Assembly: GCA_028864975.1 (NCBI GenBank)
Contig: JAGWLG010000002.1
Coordinates: forward strand, 101,600 to 165,599
DNA: 64,000 nucleotides
DNA from: Thermoplasmata archaeon
GTDB taxonomy: Archaea; Thermoplasmatota; Thermoplasmata; Lutacidiplasmatales; UBA184
Direction of reading: 5' to 3'
A program made the position numbers and the translations under genes. Below are positions 33,744 through 44,092 of the stretch, piece by piece (within the stretch, counting starts at the first letter, position 1; each line of letters opens with the position of its first letter). Under the pieces are notes generated by a model, which had not been told where the DNA came from, did not search any database, and worked only from the letters and a program-made list of their open reading frames with translations.

Positions 33744-36146
33744 GACCGCGCCGCGGAGCCGCTCGAAGACCCCCAGCATCTCGAGACCCGAGCGCGCCGC
33801 TCGCTCCGATTCGGCGATGGGGCGCGTCGAGAGGGTCGTCCGGACCTCGGGGAGCCTTCCCAGGCCGGCCATGGGGACCAGACGCTCGACGACGCGCGGC
33901 AGCATGGCGGTGCCCGTGTAGACCTTCTCCAGAGCATCCAGATGGTCCCGGAACCACGGCCAGACGACCGCGTTCGCGTCCGGGTTCCGAGCCGCCGCTA
34001 CGCCGACACTGCCCAACATCCCACGGCTCACGCCTCCGCTCACGGCCCAGTCCAAGGTCCGAGCGACGAGGTGGCCGTCGTGGAAGGAGACCAAGCCCCC
34101 GATCAACTGTTCGAGCTCCGACTCGGTCCGCGCCCCCTGAGCGCGTTCGACGAGGGGATCGAAGGCGGAGCTGCCTCCGCTTCGCGCCATCGCGATGGCC
34201 ACCGGCCCCCGCAGGTCGGGGTCCATGTCCGACCACTCTCGGAACCTCACCGACAGCAGCCTCGCGAAGTCGGGGTCGAGGTAGGCACGGTCCGAGTTCA
34301 CCGTCTCACGGGCGATCCCCGTCGCCGCGGGCTCTCCGGGTCGCTTCTCGAGGCCGAGCCGCTCGCTCTGGACCTCGAGGAACCGCCGGACCTCCGAGAC
34401 CAGGGGGCCCTGATGTCCGAAGATGGTGAAGAGGCGAGAGGCCTGCCCGGCCGCCTCCAGGGTCACGACAGCGTCGGTCTCCTCCCGGAGCTTCCGCAGG
34501 TGATGGATGTAGACCTCCGGTGTCACGTCCCTGGAAAGGAGGAAAGCGAAGAGGTCGCGCAGGACCGCCCACCGCTCGTGGGAAGGGAGGCCGGAAGGCC
34601 GCTGTCCCATTCGCTCGTACGTGGCCGGGTCGTAGAGCACACGATAGAATCCTGCGCTGCCCGCGTTCAGGCAGAGGTCATCGCAGTTCGGAAGGCGGAG
34701 CTCTCGTGAGGCCGTGTCGAAGAGCTCGCGTCGCACCTCCCCTTGGGCGCGGATGGTGAGCGGGACAGGCCAGACCTCCTCGGAGTGCTTGCCGTGAAGC
34801 CGGAAGCGGCGTTGGGTGAGGTGGACGTGGTCCCCCTGCCGCTCCACCTTGACCACGGGATGTCCCGAGCGACGGACCCAAGGATCGATGATCCGACGCA
34901 CAGGCACCCCGGAGCGCTTCTCGAGCGCTCCCCAGAGGTGGTCCCCGCGCGCGTTCCCGTACGCGTGGGCCCGGAGGTAGTCGCCCACCCCCTCGCGGAA
35001 GACCTGTTCCCCAAGGTAGGCCTCGAGCATGCGAAGGACGCTCCCACCCTTCCCGTAGCTGATGTCGTCGAAGATCTGTCCGATCTCGTCGACGTTGTGG
35101 ACCTCGACGTCGATCGGATGCGTGGAATCGAGCGAGTCGTTCAGGAGCGAGGTCCCGGTCTCGCTCACCAGGAAGAGCCCGAGGGTGTCCCAGCTCGGGT
35201 AGTTCCTGTCGACCATCTTGAACCCCATGAACGTCGCAAAACTCTCGTTGAGCCAGATGTCGTTCCACCACTCCATCGTCACGAGGTTGCCGAACCACTG
35301 GTGAGCGATCTCGTGCGCGACGACCTCGGCGATCACTTGACGTCGGAAGGTGCTCGTCCGGTCATCGGCGAGGAGGGCGGACTCCCGGAAGGTGATGGCG
35401 CCCCAGTTCTCCATCGCCCCTGCGGCGAAGTCCTTCACCGAGACGAGGTCGAGCTTGGGAAGGGGGTAGGGGATCCCGTAGTAGTCGGCGTAGGCCCGTA
35501 CCGCGAGGTGGCCGTTCTCGAGCCCCCAACCGAACGACTCCCTCGTTCCGGGGGGCCCCTTCACCGCGACCCGCAACCCACTGCGGGTTTCCTCCAGGGT
35601 GTCGAACTCTCCTATCCCGAGGTAGAGGAGATAGGTCGACATCTTGGGCGTGGGGGGGAACTTCCAGGTCTTGCGGTCCCCTGTGGCCACGACCTCCTTG
35701 GGGTCGGTGTTGAAGATCACCTCGAGCCCGGCATCCGCCGTTACCTCGGCCTCGAAGGTCGCCTTCGCGGCAGGGTGGTCGATACAAGGGAAGACACGTC
35801 GGGCGCCCGTGGGGGCAAGGTGCGTGGTCAGGAAGTAGCTCTCCGTACCGTGATGGGAACGGTAGAACCCGGAGAGCGAGTCCACGCTCACGCGGCCGCG
35901 GAAGCCCACGATCAGCTCCGAAGTTCCTGGGGGGATGCCTTTCACCCGGAGCTCTTCCGCGGAGGGCACGGTCTCGAACTCGAGGGCTCGTCCTTGAGCT
36001 TCCACCCTATCGATCTCGAGGCCGATACTGTTCAGGGTCAGTTCGGACGTCGCGCCACGGAGGCCGATCCTGACGACTCCGGAGAACGCGAGGCCCGCGA
36101 AATCCACGTCCAAGGAAAGGCGGTAGGAGGAAGCGGGGATGCTCAA
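33735..36146 (-). CDS. M1-family aminopeptidase (tricorn-interacting factor F2/F3-like)
   Basis: GAMENWGAITFRE exopeptidase motif, and HEIAHQWFGNLVTMEWWNDIWLNESFA (HEXXH-18-E). Confidence 0.95.
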   Translation of the reverse strand: MSIPASSYRLSLDVDFAGLAFSGVVRIGLRGATSELTLNSIGLEIDRVEAQGRALEFETVPSAEELRVKGIPPGTSELIVGFRGRVSVDSLSGFYRSHHGTESYFLTTHLAPTGARRVFPCIDHPAAKATFEAEVTADAGLEVIFNTDPKEVVATGDRKTWKFPPTPKMSTYLLYLGIGEFDTLEETRSGLRVAVKGPPGTRESFGWGLENGHLAVRAYADYYGIPYPLPKLDLVSVKDFAAGAMENWGAITFRESALLADDRTSTFRRQVIAEVVAHEIAHQWFGNLVTMEWWNDIWLNESFATFMGFKMVDRNYPSWDTLGLFLVSETGTSLLNDSLDSTHPIDVEVHNVDEIGQIFDDISYGKGGSVLRMLEAYLGEQVFREGVGDYLRAHAYGNARGDHLWGALEKRSGVPVRRIIDPWVRRSGHPVVKVERQGDHVHLTQRRFRLHGKHSEEVWPVPLTIRAQGEVRRELFDTASRELRLPNCDDLCLNAGSAGFYRVLYDPATYERMGQRPSGLPSHERWAVLRDLFAFLLSRDVTPEVYIHHLRKLREETDAVVTLEAAGQASRLFTIFGHQGPLVSEVRRFLEVQSERLGLEKRPGEPAATGIARETVNSDRAYLDPDFARLLSVRFREWSDMDPDLRGPVAIAMARSGGSSAFDPLVERAQGARTESELEQLIGGLVSFHDGHLVARTLDWAVSGGVSRGMLGSVGVAAARNPDANAVVWPWFRDHLDALEKVYTGTAMLPRVVERLVPMAGLGRLPEVRTTLSTRPIAESERAARSGLEMLGVFERLRGAVLG

Positions 36147-36229
36147 TCAGGCGCCAAGGGGGGGATTACTCTTACGGGGCATCCTATCCCCTGTGCGACC
36201 GCGGTCCGGGACCCGCAAGGGTTCGGTTC

Positions 36230-37744
36230 TCACGAAGGTTGACGCCGAGAGGCCGCGGCGCACCAATCCTCGTACCCCCCCACCAACCGGAGCACCCGGG
36301 TGAAGCCGGCCTGCTCGAGGATGCCCGCCGCGATGTCCGCGCGATAACCGTACGCACAATGCACCACGACCGGGGCATCCCGGGGGACCTCTCCCGACCG
36401 CTGCGGAAGGGTGGCCAAGGGGATGTTGAGACTTCCCGGAACGTGGCCCCGGAACCATTCATGGGCTTCTCGGACGTCGACCACGACGAGGGGTTCCTCC
36501 GAACGCAGCCGTTCCACGAGCGCGGGAGCCTCGATGAGCTTCGTCGAGGCGACGGGACGCCCGGCATCCGCCCAGGTCTCGAACCCCCCCGCCAGGAATC
36601 CCACCACCCTGTCGAAACCGATCCGGAAGAGCTGCCGGGTCGCTTCTCGGGCCTCCCGCTCGTCGCGGGAGAGGAGGAGGATGGCCCGCTCGGGGGAGAA
36701 GAGCCAGCCCACCCACGCGCTCATGGGCCCGTCCGCCCCGATCGCGTAACCCCCGGGGACATGGGCCTGGTCGTGCTCTGGGGCGGTCCTCGTGTCGAGC
36801 ACGATGGCGCCCTCGGCCCGTGCCCGGTCGAAATCCTCCAACCCCAGGGCCCTCGGGGTGGGGCACGCGCCCCCGAAGAGTCGGACCCCGGCCGAGTTGA
36901 GCGCGCGCATGCGCCGGAAGTACTGGGGGAAGGGCCCCTGTTCGAGGATCCGCGAGACGAACTCGTCCAGCGTGCGGGCTCGGATCAGGGGATTGCTCGC
37001 CTTCTCCTCTCGGACGGTGCTGACGCGCCGGTCGGTGCACTCGGCGGAGCAGAAGGAACCTCCACCATGCGTCGGAAGCAGTCGCACGTCGCCCGGGAGG
37101 TGGAGAAGGCGCTCGTGGATCGACCGGTGGAGGTCGCGGGCCAACGGGCGGGCGAGCAAGGGGCCAAGCAGGTCGGTGCGACCTGCGCCCCCCACGGTGA
37201 GCGCTCCGCCGGAGAACAGCGCGACAGGCTTGCCTCCGGGGTCGACCAGGAGGTAGCTCACGTGCTCGGGAGTGTGGCCCGGGGTCGCGAGGACCTGAAG
37301 CTTCCAGCCTCCCAGCCGAACCTCCTCCCTGTCGCGCAGCGGTCGGTGGGAGTAGGTGAGCTCGGCCACGGCGCTCGAGCCGATCTCGGCTCCGGCCGAG
37401 GAAGCGAGTTCTCGGGCGCCGGAGATGAAATCGTTGTGGATGTGCGTCTCCAGTGCGAGGAGGACCTCCCGCTCGGAGCGGGGCAGCCGCGCGAGGTACC
37501 CGTCGACGTCCCTGAGCGGGTCGATGACGGCGGAGCTTCCCTCGCCTCGGACCGTCACGACGTACGAGCAGTTGCCCAGTTCGGGTGCGACCCACTGGGT
37601 GACGGTGAGCCGTGGGTCCAGTTCGAGCGGGACCACCTCGAAGCCCTCAGGGCGAGGGTCGGGCGCAGCCCGTGATCGGAGCGACGTCGGGCGAGGACGG
37701 GGGGACGAGGACGCATGCGCCGACGTGCGAGGGCGCGGAGGCAC
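36230..37744 (-). CDS. MBL-fold metallo-hydrolase fused to two rhodanese domains (persulfide dioxygenase/sulfurtransferase-like)
   Basis: ETHIHNDFISG and ATPGHTPEH. The C-terminal rhodanese has the active loop HCAYGYR. The start is uncertain: GTG 37744 lies 27 nt from a TATA-like element, GTG 37636 lies next to the conserved core, and the track ATG 37885 would overlap the divergent gene. Confidence 0.8.
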   Translation of the reverse strand: MPPRPRTSAHASSSPRPRPTSLRSRAAPDPRPEGFEVVPLELDPRLTVTQWVAPELGNCSYVVTVRGEGSSAVIDPLRDVDGYLARLPRSEREVLLALETHIHNDFISGARELASSAGAEIGSSAVAELTYSHRPLRDREEVRLGGWKLQVLATPGHTPEHVSYLLVDPGGKPVALFSGGALTVGGAGRTDLLGPLLARPLARDLHRSIHERLLHLPGDVRLLPTHGGGSFCSAECTDRRVSTVREEKASNPLIRARTLDEFVSRILEQGPFPQYFRRMRALNSAGVRLFGGACPTPRALGLEDFDRARAEGAIVLDTRTAPEHDQAHVPGGYAIGADGPMSAWVGWLFSPERAILLLSRDEREAREATRQLFRIGFDRVVGFLAGGFETWADAGRPVASTKLIEAPALVERLRSEEPLVVVDVREAHEWFRGHVPGSLNIPLATLPQRSGEVPRDAPVVVHCAYGYRADIAAGILEQAGFTRVLRLVGGYEDWCAAASRRQPS

Positions 37745-37766
37745 ACATCGCGGAAGGCCCCCTCGC

Positions 37767-37774
37767 CCATAAGG
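37767..37774 (+). promoter_or_regulatory. TATA-like box (CCATAAGG), about 41 nt upstream of ATG 37812
   Basis: AT-rich octamer in the divergent spacer. Read on the minus strand it lies 27 nt from GTG 37744. Confidence 0.25.
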
Positions 37775-37811
37775 CGACGGGGTGGCCCGTGCCTGAGCTT
37801 CCACCAGCATT

Positions 37812-40400
37812 ATGTCAGGCGCCGTGCCTCTTCGCCAGGAACGCATGCTGGCCTCCGTCGCTCCCCGGTCCGAGCCTCGTCTCATCGGCCGGACGGACCT
37901 CTTGGCCGAGGCCCGAAGGCTCCTTCACGAAGAGGGAGCGTCTCGTAGCCCCGTCCTGCTGGTCGTGGGAGCCACAGGGATCGGGAAGTCCACCTTCGTC
38001 CGTGAGGTCGTTCGCGAGGAGCGCGAGAGGGGCACCCTGGTCCTCGAAGGCCGGGCGCTGCCGATGGACCTCCCGCCCCCGTACTTCGTGCTACAGGAGG
38101 CCCTGCGGGAGCTTCCCGCCGTGCGACGCCAGGCGGAGGAAGCGGACCGTGGGGCCGCGAACATCGGGGTCGCCGGCATCGGCATCCTTCGGGGTTCGGA
38201 CCGCAGCGGACGATCCCTCATGCCCCTCGGGATGTTGCCCTTCGAGTCGGAGTCGGAGAGCGCGAAGGACCGTGAGGCTCGGCTCTTGGAAGCGCTCTCG
38301 GGCGACGAGCCCTCCGTGGAAGAAGGGCGGATGGAGCTCTTCGACGGGCTCGCGTCGCACCTCGAGGACGTCGCGGCCGAGTCGCCCCTGCTCCTGGTCC
38401 TCGAGGACCTCCATCACGCGGACGAAGGTTCGCTGGAGTTCCTCTCGTTCCTCGCGCGGCGAGGCCGGCAGGCATCCTTGGCTGTACTGGTCACGTCGGT
38501 CCCCGAGGCCGAGCTACCCCCTCAGGTCAGGGCGCACCTCGAGGGCTTGGCCAAAGATGGGGTGCTCCGCCGTGTGGCGCTACGCCCTCTCACGGAAGCA
38601 GAGGCCACGGAGTTCGTGGAGGTGCTTGCCCCGGGGAAGAACGTGCCGGGAGCGACGCTCACGAAGTGGTACACGTTGACCGAAGGCAACCCTCTCTTCC
38701 TCGAGCAGTTGGTTCGTGGAGAGGTGCTCTCTCCCGGCTCCACCGAGGGGGCGCCGAGGGAGGTCGACCTGGGAGAGCTCCCCCGGGGCGAGGAGTTGCG
38801 GCAGGCGCTGCGGCGTCGATTGCGGGAGATGAAGGAGCCCGAACGCCGGGCCCTCTCCTACGCGAGCGTCCTCGGCAAGGAGTTCAGCTTCCCCACTCTC
38901 CATCGTGCTTGCGGGGAGGAGGAGGAGCTCCTGGCGGAGGCCGTGGAGTCCCTCGTGCGCCGCGGACTTCTCCGTGAGAAGGGGGGAGAACATCTGGAGT
39001 TCGTGCACGAGGAGCTTCGGGTCGAGGTCTATACCTCCCTGACCGAGGTCCGACGGAACATCCTCCACCGCAAGGTCGCGGAGGCCCTGGAGAAGGATCT
39101 TCCGCGCGAGGGAAGTCCAGATCCCCGGGTGGTCTACGAGCTGGCCCGGCATTGGTACCTGGCCCAGTCGGACGAGAAGGCGCTCGAGTACAACCGACGG
39201 GCCGCGGAGCTGGGGAAGAAGGCGTTGTCGCCCACGACGGCCGCCTACCATCTCGAGCGCGCCCTGGAGGTCCACCGTCGTGTTCGACCCCACGACCGCT
39301 CGGGGGAGGTCTCGCTCGCGGTGGAGCTCGCCTTGCAGCTGGATGCCGTCGGAGAGGTCCCTCGGGCATCGGCGGTCCTCGAGGAGATGCGGGTGCAGGC
39401 CCATCGGACCCGGGAGGGGTTCGCCCCGCGCGACCGCGCGCGTCTCGCCATCCACCTGGCGAAGATCCTGACGCACGCGGGAGAGATGCAGCGGGCCTAC
39501 CCGCTCACGAACGAAGCGCTCGAGGCGCTCGGGAAGGAGGGGGAGCCCCAGCTTCTCGGGCACGCGCACCGGTTGCGCGGGACCGTGGAGTTCTACCGTG
39601 GGCATTACCCCGAGGCCGAACAGGAGTACGCCCGGTCGCAGGAGTTCTTCGAGAAGGCCGAGAGCCCGATGGACGTGGCGAGGTCGAAGATCTCCCTCGC
39701 GAACGTCCGGTCGATGAAGCGGCCTTCCCCACCGGTCAAGGAGGTGGAAGCGTTGTACCGTGGATCGATCGAGGACCTCGAGGCGAATGGCCAGCCCGGG
39801 GAGGCGGCGACCGCCTCGAACAACCTGGCGCTGTTCTACCTTGAGCAGGTCGGGGTCGAGAAGGCGATGGAGGAGATGGCCCGAGCCCTCCACCTGGCCC
39901 AGAAAGGGAAGGACCCTCGCATGCTCGGGTGGTGCGAGTTCAACATGGCGGACCTCAAGCTCCGGACCCGAGAGTTGGACGAGGCCGAGCGCTTGAACCG
40001 GCAGGCCCGCGAGCACCTGGGGAAGGTCGGGGACCGGATCGCGCTCATCCAGGTCGCGCTCAACGAAGGGAGGCTCTTCCAGGCGAGGGGCGACTTCCCC
40101 CACGCGGAGCTCGCGTTGCTCGACGCCTACCGGCAGGCGCGGGAGGTCTCGTTGGAACCGGACGAGCTCGAGGTCCTGTTGCGCCTGTGCGAGCTCTCGC
40201 TGGAGAAAGGGGAGCTCGAGTCCACCGCGCAGAAGGTCGCAGAGCTCGAGGGCCGCTCCTTCCGGTCGGTCCGTCCTGACATGGCCCCGGAACTCGAGAA
40301 GGTCCGTGAAGCGCTCAAGAGCCGGGGCGTCGCGCTGCCGTCCGTGAGCTCAAGCCCCGGGTCCGAGCCGGTGCAGGCCCACGAAGGCTCGGGGACCTAG
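37812..40400 (+). CDS. STAND-type AAA_16 ATPase with C-terminal TPR array
   Basis: LIGRTDLL...VVGATGIGKST (Walker A) and LLLVLEDLHHADEGSLEFL (Walker B). Several hundred aa of TPR-like helical repeats follow. No HTH or effector domain was seen. Confidence 0.8.
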   Translation: MSGAVPLRQERMLASVAPRSEPRLIGRTDLLAEARRLLHEEGASRSPVLLVVGATGIGKSTFVREVVREERERGTLVLEGRALPMDLPPPYFVLQEALRELPAVRRQAEEADRGAANIGVAGIGILRGSDRSGRSLMPLGMLPFESESESAKDREARLLEALSGDEPSVEEGRMELFDGLASHLEDVAAESPLLLVLEDLHHADEGSLEFLSFLARRGRQASLAVLVTSVPEAELPPQVRAHLEGLAKDGVLRRVALRPLTEAEATEFVEVLAPGKNVPGATLTKWYTLTEGNPLFLEQLVRGEVLSPGSTEGAPREVDLGELPRGEELRQALRRRLREMKEPERRALSYASVLGKEFSFPTLHRACGEEEELLAEAVESLVRRGLLREKGGEHLEFVHEELRVEVYTSLTEVRRNILHRKVAEALEKDLPREGSPDPRVVYELARHWYLAQSDEKALEYNRRAAELGKKALSPTTAAYHLERALEVHRRVRPHDRSGEVSLAVELALQLDAVGEVPRASAVLEEMRVQAHRTREGFAPRDRARLAIHLAKILTHAGEMQRAYPLTNEALEALGKEGEPQLLGHAHRLRGTVEFYRGHYPEAEQEYARSQEFFEKAESPMDVARSKISLANVRSMKRPSPPVKEVEALYRGSIEDLEANGQPGEAATASNNLALFYLEQVGVEKAMEEMARALHLAQKGKDPRMLGWCEFNMADLKLRTRELDEAERLNRQAREHLGKVGDRIALIQVALNEGRLFQARGDFPHAELALLDAYRQAREVSLEPDELEVLLRLCELSLEKGELESTAQKVAELEGRSFRSVRPDMAPELEKVREALKSRGVALPSVSSSPGSEPVQAHEGSGT

Positions 40401-40402
40401 GC

Positions 40403-41359
40403 ATGCCCCACCCCGACGAACGAGGGCGCCCCTCCGGGAAGGGACGCATGCCGCTCGTCGTCCCCGACCTGGCACCCCGTCCGCTCTCCGCCGCGGTTCG
40501 CCGATGGTTGAGCGAGGACCGGACCCGTCAGGACATCACCTCCCGTCTCGCGATCCCCCCCCGGACCGCGGCTCATGGCCTCGTCGTGGCCCAGGCCAAG
40601 GGCGTGATGAGCGGCATCCCCCCGGTCCTGGAGATCGCCCGGCAACTGGGGCTACATGCCCGTCCACTGCTTCGCGAGGGTTCCCGCGTCCGAGCAGGAG
40701 ACGCCGTGCTCGAAGTGTGGGGCGACGCCCGGAAGCTCCTCGCCTCAGAGCGGACGATGCTGAACGTCCTCATGCACCTCTCGGGGGTCGCGACCGCGAC
40801 GGCGCGCGGGGTCGAGTCCGTCAGGAGATCCGGAGGAAGGACCCTCGTGGCCGCGACCCGCAAAACGCTCCCAGGCCTCCGCGACCTCGAGAAAGCGGCC
40901 GTGGTCCACGGTGGAGGGGACCCTCATCGGCGGGACCTTTCGAGCACGGTCCTCGTCAAGAACAATCATCTCGCCCTGGTCCCTCTACGGGAGCTCCTGC
41001 GATGCCTTCGTTCGCAGAAGGCCCGCGGCGTCTCGGTCATCGTCGAAGCGCGGTCGGTTCGGGATGCGATGACCGCGGCCCGAGAAGGTGCGGACCGCCT
41101 GTTGCTCGACAACATGTCTCCCCAGCGCGTGAGGGCGCTGATCCGTGCGCTCCAATCCGCGGGGCTGCGCGACGGCGTCGTCGTCGAAGTGTCAGGAGGC
41201 ATCGACCCGAAGTCTGTGCGGCGGTATGCTCGTACCGGGGCGGACGTCGCCTCGATGGGAAGCTTGACCCACTCAGCTCCCGCGCTTCCCTACCACTTGG
41301 TCGTGCGACCGGCCCGTCGGTCCAAGGGTAGAAAAGCCTCGGGGTCCGGGCCCTCTTAA
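40403..41359 (+). CDS. nadC: Nicotinate-nucleotide pyrophosphorylase (quinolinate phosphoribosyltransferase)
   Basis: ERTMLNVLMHLSGVAT, ATRKTLPGLRDLEKAAVVHGGGDPHR, LLDNMSP and EVSGGI. Confidence 0.9.
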   Translation: MPHPDERGRPSGKGRMPLVVPDLAPRPLSAAVRRWLSEDRTRQDITSRLAIPPRTAAHGLVVAQAKGVMSGIPPVLEIARQLGLHARPLLREGSRVRAGDAVLEVWGDARKLLASERTMLNVLMHLSGVATATARGVESVRRSGGRTLVAATRKTLPGLRDLEKAAVVHGGGDPHRRDLSSTVLVKNNHLALVPLRELLRCLRSQKARGVSVIVEARSVRDAMTAAREGADRLLLDNMSPQRVRALIRALQSAGLRDGVVVEVSGGIDPKSVRRYARTGADVASMGSLTHSAPALPYHLVVRPARRSKGRKASGSGPS

Positions 41360-41393
41360 GTCCCTGCGGGCCCTGACACGGCCGTAGGCGGAC

Positions 41394-42353
41394 ATGACGG
41401 AAGACCTCGCCAAGGAGGTCCGCGAGCTCAAGCGGAGACGGGACGCGGTCCTCCTCGCGCACAACTACCAGCTGGGGGAGATCCAGGACGTCGCCGACCA
41501 CGTCGGCGACTCGCTCTACCTCTCGCGCAAGGCGATGGAGACGGACGCCCAGGTCATCCTCTTCTCCGGCGTGAAGTTCATGGCGGAGACGGCGAAGATC
41601 CTCAATCCCACGAAGACCGTCCTGCTGCCGGATCTGGAGGCGGGCTGTTCGCTCTCCGACTCCATCACGGCGGAGCAGCTGCGGGCCTGGAAGAAGGACC
41701 ACCCGGGGGCCGTTGTGGTGAGCTACGTCAACACCTCGGCGGAGGTCAAGGCGGAGAGCGACTACTGCTGCACCTCCTCCAACGCGCTCGAGATCGTCCG
41801 GAGGGTCCCGGAATCCCAGGAGGTGTTGTTCCTCCCCGACATGTTCCTCGGAAACTACGTCAAACAGAGGACGGGGCGCAAGAACATCCACCTGTGGGTC
41901 GGAGATTGTTTCGTGCACACCCGCATGCGCCCGGAGACCGTGCGTCGCATGAAGGGGGAGCACCCGGGAGCTGAGCTCGTGGCCCATCCGGAGTGCGGCT
42001 GTTCTACCGAGGTCCTCCCGGACGTCGACCGTGTCCTCTCGACGGACGGGATGATGCGCTACGCGAAGGAGACCCGACAACCCGAGGTGCTGGTCGCGAC
42101 GGAGGTGGGCATCCTGCATCGCATGCGGAAGGTCAACCCCCAGACCTCGTTCATCCCGCTCTCGCCCGAGGCGGTCTGTCCGTTCATGAAGCGGAACACC
42201 CTCGAGAAGGTCCGCGACTCCCTCCGGGACATAAAGTATCGGATCGAGGTGCCCGACCCCATCCTTCGTCGTGCCCGAAAGGCGCTGGACAGGATGGTCG
42301 AGGCGACAGCGACCTCGCCCGCTTCCACCACGGTGTCCGCGGCAATCGCTTAG
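41394..42353 (+). CDS. nadA: Quinolinate synthase
   Basis: LLAHNYQ, VKFMAETAKILNP, CSLSDS, HPECG and the overall three-repeat NadA layout. Confidence 0.95.
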   Translation: MTEDLAKEVRELKRRRDAVLLAHNYQLGEIQDVADHVGDSLYLSRKAMETDAQVILFSGVKFMAETAKILNPTKTVLLPDLEAGCSLSDSITAEQLRAWKKDHPGAVVVSYVNTSAEVKAESDYCCTSSNALEIVRRVPESQEVLFLPDMFLGNYVKQRTGRKNIHLWVGDCFVHTRMRPETVRRMKGEHPGAELVAHPECGCSTEVLPDVDRVLSTDGMMRYAKETRQPEVLVATEVGILHRMRKVNPQTSFIPLSPEAVCPFMKRNTLEKVRDSLRDIKYRIEVPDPILRRARKALDRMVEATATSPASTTVSAAIA

Positions 42354-42463
42354 GTCCCCAAAGCAATCTTCATACGCTTCTGCGGGGCGTTCTCCGCGTG
42401 GGCGACAGCTTGACCGAACCTGTTCGGGAGGGGCCGGAGCGGCCCCCGGCTTCGAACGGACGC

Positions 42464-44092
42464 TTGGGGCCGGGCAACACCCCCTCCGGCTCGCCCTCTT
42501 CCTGGCCCGAGGTCGTCAACCTCACCAAGAGGGCCGCCATCCTCGCCTTGGTCGGCGTGCTGCTCGGTATCCTGATGGGTGCCTTGGACAATCTGGTCGT
42601 CCTGACGGCGATCGGCAACATTGCCAGGGACCTGAACGCGAGCAACGGGGTCCCCTTCGTCGTGAGTTCCTACCTCATCGCAGGGACCGTCGCGACGCCG
42701 ATCTTCGGGAAGCTCTCCGACCACTATAGCCGCCGGAACTTCTTCATCCTTGGCCAAGCGATCTTCATCGCCGGCTCGCTCCTGGCCGCGCAGTCCAAGA
42801 CGCTCAACGAGCTCATCGTGTTCCGGGCGATCCAGGGATTCGGCAGCGGAGCGTTCTTCCCCATCGGCCTCTCGATCATCGCGGTCATCTTCGACCCCCA
42901 GACCCGCGCGAAACTGACGGCGGCCATGTCGAGCGTCTTTGGTATCGCCATGGTCGTCGGGCCGGTCGTCGGGGCGTACATCGTGACCTCCCTTTCGTGG
43001 CAGTGGATCTTCTACGTGAACCTCCCGATCGGGATCCTTTCGATCCTCGTCATGGTCACGAGCGTTGACGCCCTTCGCCCGAAGCTCCGGAAGAAGTTCG
43101 ACACGATCGGATCGGTCCTCCTCGCGGGGTGGGTCACTCCGTTCATGCTCGCGCTCGTTCAGAACGCGGACAGTCGTTGGGCCTGGAGCGACCCCCGCAT
43201 CCTCGGGCTCATGGCAGCTTTCATCGCGGTGTTCGTCCTGTTTGTCGTTTGGGAGCTCAGGACGGACGAACCCGTCGTGCCTCTGCGGTTCTTTGCGAAG
43301 AAGCTCGTCGCGGCGAGCGCCGGGGTCACGTTCCTCCGAGGGGTCACCTTCGTCGCAGTGTCGACCTTCGCGACCATCCTCGTCGTCTTCGTCCTTGGTG
43401 GAACACCGGACCAGGTTCGCGACGCTCTGTACTTTTTCGTCGTCCCGATGATCGTCGGGGCGACCGCCGGAGGCCAGCTGATGCGGAAGCTCCCTTACCG
43501 CGCGATCACGGTCCCGGGAATGGCGTTGATGACCTTCGGCGCCCTGCTCCTCGCGAACCTCGACACGAACATGACCCTCTGGCCGATCCGAGGGGCTCAA
43601 GGGTTGTCCGACAACCTCGCGTTCGATCTCATCCCCATCGGGCTCGGGGTAGGGCTCACCTTCGCGACCACGGCACTCTCCGTCCAGTTCGCGGTCCCCT
43701 CCAAGGACATTGGTGCGGCCACGTCGCTCATCACCTTCCTTCAGAATCTGGGGGGTGCGGTGGGGGTCTCGGTGCTCTTCTCCTATGAGCAGTTCCGCTA
43801 CAGCGGACCCCCGGTCCCGTCAGCACCCTCGGGAGTCTATTGTCCGCTCCCTCCCACAGCCAACCCCCCGCCCCCTGCGGCGTGCTTTCCCTACTACAAC
43901 GCGCTATCGGCGCTACGCGTACCGACCGCCCACGCTTACATCGACACGTTCCAGCTGGCCTTCGTTCTGGCTCTGCTCGCCCTGATCTTCGCGTTCTTCA
44001 TGGTCGGGAGGATGCCTCAGGGAAAACCGACGGAGAGCCTCGGGGCTGCACCCACGGAGGCTCCCGCTCCCTCCGCGACCGGCGCACTCTAG
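42464..44092 (+). CDS. MFS transporter, DHA2/EmrB-like (14-TMS type)
   Basis: TM1 context LMGALDNLVVLTAIGNI, motif GKLSDHYSRRNFFI, and many TM helices. The start is uncertain (TTG 42464 or GTG 42398). The track ORF 41993.. overlaps nadA out of frame. Confidence 0.85.
   Translation: MGPGNTPSGSPSSWPEVVNLTKRAAILALVGVLLGILMGALDNLVVLTAIGNIARDLNASNGVPFVVSSYLIAGTVATPIFGKLSDHYSRRNFFILGQAIFIAGSLLAAQSKTLNELIVFRAIQGFGSGAFFPIGLSIIAVIFDPQTRAKLTAAMSSVFGIAMVVGPVVGAYIVTSLSWQWIFYVNLPIGILSILVMVTSVDALRPKLRKKFDTIGSVLLAGWVTPFMLALVQNADSRWAWSDPRILGLMAAFIAVFVLFVVWELRTDEPVVPLRFFAKKLVAASAGVTFLRGVTFVAVSTFATILVVFVLGGTPDQVRDALYFFVVPMIVGATAGGQLMRKLPYRAITVPGMALMTFGALLLANLDTNMTLWPIRGAQGLSDNLAFDLIPIGLGVGLTFATTALSVQFAVPSKDIGAATSLITFLQNLGGAVGVSVLFSYEQFRYSGPPVPSAPSGVYCPLPPTANPPPPAACFPYYNALSALRVPTAHAYIDTFQLAFVLALLALIFAFFMVGRMPQGKPTESLGAAPTEAPAPSATGAL

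Noticed and set aside
37745-37885. ATG 37885 as the start of the MBL-rhodanese gene
   Set aside because: It would overlap the divergent STAND gene start (37812) and leave no promoter space. The extra residues are low-complexity.
38580-40103. 507-aa ORF on the minus strand. The same judgement applies to many similar track entries, e.g. 34743..36242 +, 14344..15669 -, 19141..20469 -, 42350..43600 - and 61999..63120 -
   Set aside because: All are antisense or out of frame relative to genes with strong family motifs. They show the same biased composition.
41993-42397. 5' extension of the 699-aa ORF across the nadA 3' end
   Set aside because: It overlaps nadA out of frame and is hydrophilic and low-complexity. 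The MFS transporter only begins at TM1 near 42540.
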